A stretch of DNA of 64,000 bases from Euryarchaeota archaeon UBA256. GTDB taxonomy: Archaea > Thermoplasmatota > Poseidoniia > Poseidoniales > Poseidoniaceae. The position numbers were made by a program, and so were the translations under genes. Positions 10,401 to 20,700 of the stretch are shown in pieces (positions within the stretch are counted from its first letter, which is position 1; every line of letters begins with the position of its first letter). The stretch is taken from contig DACE01000029.1 of the NCBI GenBank assembly GCA_002494645.1, positions 3,976-67,975 on the forward strand, read 5' to 3'. The notes below the pieces were generated by a model. It ran no database searches. It was not told the origin of the DNA and saw only the letters and a program-made list of their open reading frames with translations.

Positions 10401-11819
10401 ATGGCAGGTCACGGACGAGAGACTCGAACGGCACTCCTCATCATGCTCTTGATGCTGCTCACACCACTTGCTGGATGCTTCGGGGAAGACGGGGGGAGCG
10501 GTGGAGTCAACGCTGATAGCGTGCTGACCATTGATGGTCTTGCAGCAAGTGATGCTGTTATCCGAGCGGGAGAATTCCACGAACTTCTCCTGATGGGTGA
10601 AGGCTTACGAATCTCTGCTCCTGCCGACGATGTCTTGCTTTTCGTCAACGGTTCAATCGACATCGATAGTTCCGTCCCCGTCGACGGCGACCGTATTCTC
10701 CTGCAATTGTTGACCACGCCGTACACCGAGGCTGTTGAGTTGACCATCTACGATGCAGAGGGACGCAAGACGGTATTCAATCCGACCATCGGAAACGGTA
10801 CGCCAGTGATGAGCGGGGCTGAATGGTTCGAAAAAATGGATTACATCACGTGTGACACACCCTCGGCGGATTGTGGCTCCTACAACTTCCGCTGGATGGG
10901 CAGCCCCAATGCTCAATTCGAACGGGCTGCCTCCTACTTCCAAGGTCACTTCGAGGGACTGGGCTACGATACACACCTGATGCGAGTCATCGATACGCTC
11001 AATCCAACACAGCCCGAATCGCTCAATGTCGTTGCTTGGAAGGAAGGTCGCTCAGACGAATGCGTGCAAGGCATGGGCGCCCATATGGACATCGCTCCGC
11101 CTGCGGGACCACCGGGTGGCGGCACCTGGGAAGGAGCCTATGACAACACCGCTGGTACGGTTTCTATCATGCTTCTCGCTCAGGTTCTGGTCGACATGGA
11201 GGTCGAATGCGATACATTCCTCGCCCTGTGGTCTTCAGAAGAAGAGGGCTTGCGAGGCTCCAATGCCTTCGCCAACAACGATTGCGATGCATGCCTTCCA
11301 CAGGACAAAGAACTCCGATTCTACATCAACATGGACATGATGGGCATTTCTTGGCCTGCCGTCAAGGAAAATGGCGACCCGTTCCCCTACCATGCCTGGT
11401 CGGGTCCTGACATTGACCCTGAGGTTCAAGATGTGGCCATCACAAGTATTCTTGATCACGTCCACCGCAACGTATTGAAGGCACCGATGGACCTTCGCAT
11501 TGAGGGTAGTTACGGTGCTGGATGTGACCAACATTGGGACGACCACTACAACCTCGTCATGGATGTCCACGAGGATACGTTCGGCCGTTCAGACCACGTG
11601 ACCTTCCGTGACCTTGGCGCACAAACCATCTTTCATCTTGGCGCCTACGATGCCGATTATTCAGCCTACCACTCCCCTACTGATACCCTTGAAAACATGA
11701 TTTCAGTTGTCGGTGGACAAGAGAATCTCGAAGCGAGTATTGAATTCGTGATGTGGGCGGCCATGCTGGAATTCTTCTTTGCAGATCAAACACCGGAGAT
11801 TCGTAACGTCGGGGCTTGA
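10401..11819 (+). CDS. M28 family zinc aminopeptidase, lipoprotein
   Basis: Lipobox LAGC. Metal ligands GAHMD, GAYDNTAG, SEEEGLRGS, INMDM, RSDH and YHSPTD. ATG at 10401 follows GGAGGG. Confidence 0.9.
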   Translation: MAGHGRETRTALLIMLLMLLTPLAGCFGEDGGSGGVNADSVLTIDGLAASDAVIRAGEFHELLLMGEGLRISAPADDVLLFVNGSIDIDSSVPVDGDRILLQLLTTPYTEAVELTIYDAEGRKTVFNPTIGNGTPVMSGAEWFEKMDYITCDTPSADCGSYNFRWMGSPNAQFERAASYFQGHFEGLGYDTHLMRVIDTLNPTQPESLNVVAWKEGRSDECVQGMGAHMDIAPPAGPPGGGTWEGAYDNTAGTVSIMLLAQVLVDMEVECDTFLALWSSEEEGLRGSNAFANNDCDACLPQDKELRFYINMDMMGISWPAVKENGDPFPYHAWSGPDIDPEVQDVAITSILDHVHRNVLKAPMDLRIEGSYGAGCDQHWDDHYNLVMDVHEDTFGRSDHVTFRDLGAQTIFHLGAYDADYSAYHSPTDTLENMISVVGGQENLEASIEFVMWAAMLEFFFADQTPEIRNVGA

Positions 11820-11864
11820 CTCCAAAACGAATCTTCTTGAAGGCGAAGAACCCATTGCAGAAGG

Positions 11865-13505
11865 ATGGAAGAGATGTCGCTGGAGGAAGACATCCCCGTG
11901 GCTCCTTCGTCAACGGTGAGATTGACCGTTCCCGCCTTTCTTCTAGGGTTCCTCGCATCATACGGCGAAGTAATCCTTCGCTTGCTGCAGGGCAAAGATG
12001 TGGTGGATGCCGTCTGGCCCCATGCAGTTCGCTCTCTCGAGTGGACCATGGCTTTACGCTCGTCAATGGAGTCCGTTCTCTTCCTCGTGGTCTTCATCGT
12101 AGGAGCATCTTACTTCGTGCGCAAATACAGCACTAAGAATCCTTCACCACGCCTACGATTGAGTATGTTGTTCCTCCTTGGTTTGACCTTTGGCTTGACC
12201 AGCATTCACTTCCTCATGGACGTGTTTTACTTGCGAGGTGCATTTTTACTGCTCCCGACCCTTTTCGGCGTCATCCTCGTCTCGCTTCTCCTAGCGATTG
12301 GCGGAATGCCCACCATCAGGGAAATGGGACAAAGCAAGATCGCTTGGCCCCGTATTGTTCATCTCTGTGGGGTTTTCTTCGCAGCGTGGCTGATCGTTCC
12401 CGGTATCCCGGCACTCATCGGTTTTGCACCATCCCCACCCGATGCACCCGTCATCGGCTACGGTGCAGAACCCGGGCCCTTTGAGACCGTACAATTCAGC
12501 GAAGCCTACGAGATGCCCGCAGAGGTCATGGCCGTTCAAGGCGAACTCGAGGATGACATCACCTTCAGCGTATACCTCACCCTGCCCCTCATCGCAGAAG
12601 ACAAGGAGGTTGAATCCATTCCACTCGCAATCCTCCTTCATGGCTTTGGTTATCCCGACGCTGATGCGTATCAGGATTGGACACAACACCTTGCTGCAAA
12701 AGGCATGGCTGTGGCTCTGCTTCAGTATCCTTCCGACCTCCGCCCTGACGGCTATGAGTCCTTCGAAGCCTCTGATTCAGAAGGCGAAAGTGATTTCCTG
12801 CAGCATACCTATCGAGACCTTGCAATTCGTGCGGCTCTTGAACACCTCAGCGGCATGGCCATCGAAGAACCAAGACATGCTGAAGTTGAGAACCACCTGG
12901 GCAATATGACGATCAATCCCAGTGATCTGTGGGTAGGAGGGCACAGTTTGGGGGCGGGCTATTCCTTCCTCACCTTGGACGATATTCTTTCACGAGGGTG
13001 GGCCGACCGTTCTTTGCTAATTGCTCTTGAAGCACCAGCAAGCCGTCCTGCGCAGGCCAGTCTCCAACCAAATTTGACCAACCTACCAAAGGAGACACTG
13101 GTACAAATCGCAGTTTCTAGAGACGACATGTCAGTTGGTGTATGTCCAGGTGCTTTTTTCCAACAAATGTTCTCTGACTTGCCGACTGAGAGAAATCAAC
13201 TCATTGAGGTTCAATCCGATAAATATGGCTTCCCTCGACTAATTGCGAGTCATTATCTGCAGGCGGACCCCGCTCATGACACACTTTCGGACTGGAGTTT
13301 CTACAGGAGAATTGACGCCCAAGCTGACTACATTGTTGCACAAAGCCGCAACGATACGTTCACCGCAGACTGGGCCTACCAGTACATGACTGACGAAACG
13401 ATGCTCACGCAAATGGGGAAATGGTCGGACGGAACACCCGTCCTTCCGCTCAAGTTGTACCACGATGCTTTAAACGAAAGTGCGGATTTTGATGCGTGTA
13501 GTTGA
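11865..13505 (+). CDS. Membrane-anchored alpha/beta hydrolase (chlorophyllase/cutinase-like fold)
   Basis: About 5 N-terminal TM helices, oxyanion LLHGFG, nucleophile elbow GGHSLG, candidate Asp (RDD) and His (ASH). Confidence 0.7.
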   Translation: MEEMSLEEDIPVAPSSTVRLTVPAFLLGFLASYGEVILRLLQGKDVVDAVWPHAVRSLEWTMALRSSMESVLFLVVFIVGASYFVRKYSTKNPSPRLRLSMLFLLGLTFGLTSIHFLMDVFYLRGAFLLLPTLFGVILVSLLLAIGGMPTIREMGQSKIAWPRIVHLCGVFFAAWLIVPGIPALIGFAPSPPDAPVIGYGAEPGPFETVQFSEAYEMPAEVMAVQGELEDDITFSVYLTLPLIAEDKEVESIPLAILLHGFGYPDADAYQDWTQHLAAKGMAVALLQYPSDLRPDGYESFEASDSEGESDFLQHTYRDLAIRAALEHLSGMAIEEPRHAEVENHLGNMTINPSDLWVGGHSLGAGYSFLTLDDILSRGWADRSLLIALEAPASRPAQASLQPNLTNLPKETLVQIAVSRDDMSVGVCPGAFFQQMFSDLPTERNQLIEVQSDKYGFPRLIASHYLQADPAHDTLSDWSFYRRIDAQADYIVAQSRNDTFTADWAYQYMTDETMLTQMGKWSDGTPVLPLKLYHDALNESADFDACS

Positions 13506-13543
13506 GAACAATCTTTCAAAAACTCCACGATGTTTTTCAGTGC

Positions 13544-13969
13544 ATGGGCGAGTCCGTATCATCCAGTGATGCCAAGTCGCTTTGGAAGGTCATCGGTGGC
13601 TCCGCTTTCCTCGCATCCATGTGCTGTTTCCCAAGTATTGTGCTGGTTATGTTTGGTTTGGCCAGCGTGTCAACCGCTACTGCACTGTCGAACAACTTGT
13701 ACTGGGGAGAAAACGGGTACTGGTGGTTCCGCCCCGCCCTCACCCTCCTCTCAATTGCTTTTGTTGCCGTTGGCTTGGTGCTGTATTTCAGAAAAGACGG
13801 CATTTGCTCACTTGATGAAGTCCGTCGTCAACGCCAACGCATCATCAATACATCGCTGATCGTCGCAACCAGTAGTGTCCTCGCCTACACACTGGTGAAT
13901 TTCGTCATTCTGACTGAAATCGGAATTGCATTGGACCTTCCCTGGGAATCCAGTCGCCTTTGGAAGTAA
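13544..13969 (+). CDS. MerT-like small membrane protein with a vicinal CC motif
   Basis: FLASMCCFPSIVLV in TM1, FRP before TM2, a cytoplasmic Cys (ICSLD) and three TMs. Confidence 0.55.
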   Translation: MGESVSSSDAKSLWKVIGGSAFLASMCCFPSIVLVMFGLASVSTATALSNNLYWGENGYWWFRPALTLLSIAFVAVGLVLYFRKDGICSLDEVRRQRQRIINTSLIVATSSVLAYTLVNFVILTEIGIALDLPWESSRLWK

Positions 13970-14728
13970 TCAGGCACCGCTGCGGTTTGTCTTACACCCA
14001 ACACCCCACTCAGGATTGGCGTCCATCGCCATACGAGTTTCTTCCAAAAGGTGGTCTTCTGCCGTCATCATCGGATCAGATTTAGCGGTCGTTGCCACGG
14101 CAATTCTATACCCGTTTGATTCGTAATAATCCAATTGAACTTTTGAATTTCTAATTGAAATAAGTTGGTTATTACTATCAATTGAAAGTTGAATTTCTCG
14201 AGGGTTGAGGTGCATGCCTAAGCCCATTGCTTTTTGCACGGCTTCTTTCTTCACCCACATGCGCATTGCACGTTGAGGCTTTACCTGAAGTTCGGCCAAT
14301 TCCTCGCCTTTGGCCATGAGGTCAAAGGCATTGGTAGCCAAGCTCCGTTCGAGGGGTTCACCGTCAATGCCGATGGCTATTTCGGGCGGTGCAAGGGCAA
14401 CAAAAGCGTGACTTCCTGAATGACCGATCGAAATAGATGGGAGGGGTGTTCGCTGCCAAACACCTTGGATGTAGGCCAAACGTGGGGCACGATATTCATC
14501 TCGTTGAACTTCAAGGTAGGAAAGGTCAGTGCACCCCCATTCGCTAAGGGCTAAACCGAGCAAATATCGCCCGCTGAGATGTTCAATTCTACGTTTTTCT
14601 GTCACAAAGGTCGTTACTTCCTCTGAGTTGGCAAGAGGTACCATGTCAACGGGACGATCAGCGAGAGGCATCATGAAGGCTCGATGTGCAGTATCTGCGA
14701 GAGAGAGTTCAACGACGCTTGACTCCAT
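13970..14728 (-). CDS. Sfp-type 4'-phosphopantetheinyl transferase
   Basis: SISIGHS, IGIDGE and WVKKEAVQKAMGLG motifs. Starts 12 nt downstream of the synthase gene. Confidence 0.9.
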   Translation of the reverse strand: MESSVVELSLADTAHRAFMMPLADRPVDMVPLANSEEVTTFVTEKRRIEHLSGRYLLGLALSEWGCTDLSYLEVQRDEYRAPRLAYIQGVWQRTPLPSISIGHSGSHAFVALAPPEIAIGIDGEPLERSLATNAFDLMAKGEELAELQVKPQRAMRMWVKKEAVQKAMGLGMHLNPREIQLSIDSNNQLISIRNSKVQLDYYESNGYRIAVATTAKSDPMMTAEDHLLEETRMAMDANPEWGVGCKTNRSGA

Positions 14729-14740
14729 GACCTCACCGAT

Positions 14741-17700
14741 TCATCGGTCAAGCGAGAAGCGCTGACTCTCATCGACCTGAGCCATCGCCTTGAGTTCCAA
14801 GCCCTTCAAAGCGAGTACAGGGGCATCATCATCACCAACGATGAGGACATCGTGAACGGTCACACCGTCATCCAAGGCCGAAGTTTGGACGCTTCTCAAG
14901 CGGAGTGATTCATGTTGGTCGGGAACCCGTAACATCGTCGACCAGGTGATACCAACTGGAAGACTGCTGAAGCCCAAGGTTTCCATGGCGACGAGGCCAG
15001 CGTTCTGGAATCCAGCCTCAATCAGCATGGGGAGTGATTCGAGCAGGACTTCTTCACCTTCGGATTCGAGAGCGAATTGGTCAGTCTTGGGTAGTTGATG
15101 GCGCATCAAGGCTACCCCGTCGATGCCCATGAGTTCCTCATCCCCGACACCGCGCAGGACTCCGCCATGTGATTGGAAACGTGGGCCGTGGAAATATCGG
15201 CTGTAGATGAAGTCCGGGTGGTGCGCTAAATCACCTGGGGCAGGCGTCCCGATGTTCGGCAAATCGTCAACTTCACGCTGAAGGAAGGGGCATAGGTCGT
15301 CGCATTTCTCAACCAAGCGTACCAAAGCGACATGGTGCTCGCGTTCACCAAATACTTCTCCTTTGGAATTGCTCAAGTCAGAAACCAGTTGACATCGCAC
15401 CCAGGTCATGTCCCCTTCTTGGCGCTCAACTTCAGCATTGACACGGACCGTCATCGGGCCTTTCAGCAATTTAACGGGCAAACCATAGCGCACGGCTTCA
15501 AACCCTGCAAGGCAGGTTGAAGGCCGCAATAACAGCGCGTTTTGAGCGAACATCTCCAATGCCATAACTCCAGGATGATAGGGAACGCCTTCGATGGCAT
15601 GATCAACGAGGAAGGGATGGTCTTGTGTGGAAAGAGTCGTTTGTGTCGTCAAAGTTTGCCCCTCTTCAACACCTAATACTCGGTCAATGAACGGGAAGCG
15701 TGCAGGGTCTGCAATCGTAGCCGCCATAGCGGGCGATAATTTGAGAGGAGCGTCCCTAAAGGCATTGAACCGGTCCATGAGTCCTAGTGAACCACAACCG
15801 ATGACACGACGTTTTCCACCGCGAAGGGCCTCATCAACGAAGATATTCACGCCGTCTTCAACAGCGAGGGTGTCGATGCCAGCAGAAGCAAAGACGGCTT
15901 CGATTGAACCGCGTGTGGCCATACCAACATCCCTCCAGCCCGTCCATCCAATGGCAACGCCACGACCTTGACCTGCTGCTGTAATGCGTGCCATTTCTGC
16001 GTCGAGAACAGAATTAGCTGCGGCATAATCCGTTTGCCCACCGTTCCCGAAACGCCCTGCTACACTTGTGAAACAACAGGCGAATTCTGGATTATCTGCT
16101 CCAGAGGCTTTCACCGCTGCGAGCAAGGCTCTCCAACCGTCAACCTTGACCCGAACGACCTTGTCAAAGGTCGAGTAGTCCTTGTCACCAACAAGTTTTG
16201 AATCTTCCAAGCCCGCTCCGTGAACCACACCTGTAATCGTTCGGCCAAGTCCACTGCCCAAAGCAGTCAAGGCCTCATTGTCCATGACATCGATGGAATG
16301 GTAGGCTGCTTTGTTTCCAGTTTGTTCAATGGCATCGAGTGTAAGGTAGACATCTCGGCTACGGGTGAATGTTTGCCATGATGAGTTCCACTCAACCATG
16401 GTCACCTTACCCGTTTCACTTGCAGCCATCAACCGTTCTCGTAATGCATTCTTCTCATCGGCGAGTTGTTCTTCACTCCAACTGATCCATTCCTTGGTGG
16501 TTTCGATAAGGCGAGAGCGTCCGAGCAATTCGAAGTGTGCTCCTGTGTTGGGACTTGCCGTGGCGACACCGATGATGGACGCTGCCGTCACTCCTGAACC
16601 ACCGCCCGAAACGAGCCATGTATCTGCGGAAGTGAGTGGTTTGAGGCCCTCCACGACATCTTCTGCGAAGGCAACAAGCGTCCAACGACGGCCATCCCGG
16701 TCCAAGCCGATTTCAACCTCACCATCGAGTTCGAAGAGGTCACGCTCGATTCGGGCTGCTGCAGCATCCTCATCGAAGACCAAGTCGGGGTGAAGGTCGA
16801 GTGCTCTGCACCGCAAATCAGGTCGCTCAAAGGAATAGGACTTCGTAACGCCCGATGCTGCACACTGAACCGCATTGAAGCGGTCTCCGAGATTTCCATG
16901 ACGCCCATCCATCGCCGTGACGGATGCGATGAAGGCCTGACGACCTTCTGTCAACTGTGAATTCATCTCCTTGAGCAAGCCAAACCAACCGTGGCCGGAA
17001 AGGGCTATTTGCGAAGATGGGTAGGTGTCTTCGTCCCACTGTTCGGAGGCTAATTTCATGGATGCCATGTGAACCAAACCTGCCAGTGGAATATCCGCTA
17101 CTTGTTGGGCAACCCACGCAATGTGTTCGGGTTGCTCAGGGTCAGCACGATAGACCGTTCGACCGCCTTCATCGAGAACGGAAGGGTCACGTATTCGACT
17201 TTCAAAACCAACCCGAATGGCCTTCAGGCCTCGTGCTTCCATTCGCTGACAGAAGGCTTCTGCGATGCCCCATCCATCGTCGGTGACAAGCACCGTACCG
17301 CTGACATCCAAAAGTGAAGGCGTCCCAGGGCAATCCTCAACCTCAATCTGCCAGCGGCGGGTTCCTCCTGCCGTTGCAGGGCTTACTGCCTGTTCAGAGA
17401 TGAGCGGGGCGTCTGCAACTTCTTGGGGTTGCGCTGCAGTTGAAGCAGATGAACCACCTTGCATCTTGGTAATGTAGCCGGTAAAGTGGTTCAATGTAGG
17501 GTGGTCTGAGAGGACGAAATCCTCGTCAACCGGTAGGGAGAAGCGGTCTCGAATCTCCGCCATGATTTCGGCTTGTTTTACGGTGTCAATGCCTAATTCA
17601 CCCTCAAGGTCCTGGTCGAGTTCAATGAAATCAGCCGGATAGCCCGTATGGCTGACGACAACTTCGATCAACACGGCTTCAATATCGGGATTCGAAGCAT

Positions 17701-20700
17701 GCGTCTGTACTGGGGCAACCGCAGGTACATCGACTGGAGCCGGTTCGGGTTCCACCACTGGAGCAGTTGGAGTAGGTGCGGGTGTTCCTGCCCCACTCAT
17801 GCGTTGAATGTAAGCGATCATGTGGTTGAGTGTAGGGTGCTCGGACAGTACAAAATCTTCATCGATGGGGAGGTTGAAACGGTCACGGATATCGGCCATG
17901 ATTTCGGCTTGCTTGACCGTATCAATTCCCAACTCACCTTCGAGGTCTTGGTCCAATTCAATGAAATCTGCGGGATAACCCGTGTGCTCGACCACCACCT
18001 CAACAACCGTTCCTGTCATGTCCGCATCGTCGACTACCACTGGAGTTTCCATCGGAGCCGCCACCGGTACTACCAAAGGTGTGGCTGGAGGGGTGGCTGC
18101 TTCTACTGATTCCATCGGTGCGGGTGTCGGTGTCGGCGTCGGTGCCGCACCGCCCTTCATGTGCTGAATGTATCCTATCATGTGATTCAGGGTCGGGTAA
18201 TCGGACAACACGAAATCTTCATCGATGGGAAGGCTGAATCTGTCACGAATGTCTGCCATGATTTCAGCCTGTTTGACCGTATCAATGCCCAATTCACCTT
18301 CCAAGTCTTGGTCCAGTTCGACAAAGTCCGCAGGGTACCCGGTGTGGTTGACAACGACTTCAATGACAATGCCGACCATGCCTTCATCGTCCACGGGGGT
18401 GGCTGCCTTTGCCGGTGTCGGGGCGGGTTCTGGTGCGGAGACAGGTACGGGAACAGGCTCTGGTAAAGGCGTTGGTTCAGGAACCGACGGTTCCGTTTGT
18501 GAGGGCAACCCTTCCCACGGCTCGGTAGGAGGCCAAGCCTCACCTTGTATGCCGCCATGGAGATTATTTTCACCATCGACGTAGGCAACCAACTTATTTT
18601 GCAATACACGCATGACGACCTTGTCAGTACCTGCTAGATTTCGAGTCCAAGCAAGCAATTTCGCGCCGTTGATTCGGTCACCCTCAATTGGCCATCGGCG
18701 CATGAGAGACAAGGCGATTTGTGAGCCAAAACCAGCCGCAAAGCGCAGCCCATATTCCAATTCAGGATAATCGCCGCCCTTGGAGAGATTCAAATCGCCC
18801 AACTCGGGGTCGTTCTCCTTGTGATTAGCAATGGGGGGAATACGGCCTGTGAGCAAGCCGTAAAACATGCTTGCATCTTCAATGCCGACCGCCATCGGAT
18901 GGCCGGTGAATCCCTTGGTGTTGGCGATGACGAGTTGATTGGTAGAATCGCCAAAGGTATCTCGCAAGGCTTTGACTTCAGATTGAGCAGAACCGCCTCG
19001 AGCAGGGGTGTAGGTTTCATGTGAGAAAAAGACCGTTTTTGGAGCGATTTCATGACGGTTGATGCCCCATCGTTGCTCCATTTCACTGACAAAGCCATTG
19101 ACGACTTGGCCGACGTGTTCAACGTCAAGGCGTGTGCCGTGATAAGCCGAGTTGGCCGTCGTTGAACCAAGGAATTCAGCGATGGGTTGAACGCCACGCT
19201 GCTGCGCTTCTGAATGCCGTTCAACCACGAATGCTGCAGCACCCATACCGAGGACCAAACCGTTGCGACGTCGGTCAAATGGCAAAGCTGTCTCCTCGAC
19301 AACATTCCCTGTGGCTGCTGCACCCGATGCGGCGAAGCCACCTGCAATCCATTCCCACAGGTCATCGCCCGTGACATCGTCTCCACTGATGATGACCACG
19401 CGGTCAACTCGTCCAGCATCCAGCCAGTCTTCGGCTACACCGAAGGCGGCGGTTGCTGAAGCACAAGCGAGGTTGATGGTGGTATTTGGTCCACGAATGC
19501 CGGTGTATTGAGCAAATTGTGAGTGGCCCATATTGAGAGTTTGGAAGAGGTATCGCCGGTCGAAACGCCCTTCGCCGTCGTCACCATCTGTCTTGGCATG
19601 TTTAACGCCCATCTGCAAGCCGGGGAAACACGATGAAAAGACAATTCCAGTACGGTCGCGTTGACGTTGTGGTACCTGCCAATTGCGGATGAGGCGAAGG
19701 CCACCTTTGCCAACTTGTTCCACTGGCGTCAGTGGAATCCCCGCATCGCGAAGAGCCAGCAGACCTGCGGCAACGGCGAGTTGTGTACTGATGTCCCATG
19801 CAAGGACGGCTTTCGGATCAATTCCGAACTCTTCCGCAAGGTCGAAGGCACCCTTCAAGCCGGCGAGTTGTGGTATGTCCCCGAAGACCTTCGCTTGGTC
19901 CATGTTGACCGAACCGTCTCGTCCCTTGATCAGGCGTACGATGTTCTTGTCGAGCAGCCGTTGCTTGTATTCATCCGAAACTTCACTGATGCAGGTGTCT
20001 CCTCGTACCAATTGCTCAAAGGTATCCTCAGAAAAGACACGCTCCATGCCTGGTAGTCCCAAGGAAATACCACTGACAACATAGGGATCCACGTCGCGCT
20101 GGGAAGCAACCGATGGTTGCATTCCTGTTGCGGCCACGACACGCTGAACTTGAGCGGTGGATGGTGGAGCGGTCAAGGTAGCCATTGGCGCCCACGAAGA
20201 GGGCGGTGAACGGACCCATCGGTTGAGGTCGCCTGCGGTCTGCACGGTTGAGGTATCAAATTCGGGGTCGGTGTCAGCCTCAGAGCCAAGAGTGGACATG
20301 ACGTCTTGAACCTCATGCGCGGTCAGGCCGAGTCCTTGTTGAAGGAGCACATGGCCGTGACAGAAGGATGCGGGGTAGCCACTGAACTTGGCGATACGGT
20401 CTCCAACATAGGCTTGTATCGCCTTTGTTGTCGCGTACTCTGAATCAAGTGGGCCGGTTTGAACCACTGGAGCAGTTGCAACAACCGCCGTGCCACCGCC
20501 TGAATTGGGCAAGGGGCGGGCTCGGGTACGAAGGGCCTCAAGTTCTGAAGTTGACGCCCCCGATTGAAGTGAAGGGCTTTGATACGCTTCCAACGGCCCT
20601 GCACGGAAGCCTTCCTGAATGGAACTTGAATTGAGTTCAGGCCACTGAGGGGCTCTTCCAGCCAAGGCCAAAGCCCCAATGGCGGTAAAGAAGGTTGCAA

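Noticed and set aside
13544-13969. Mercury-resistance operon
   Set aside because: Only a MerT-like protein is present; merA, merP and merR are absent from the window.
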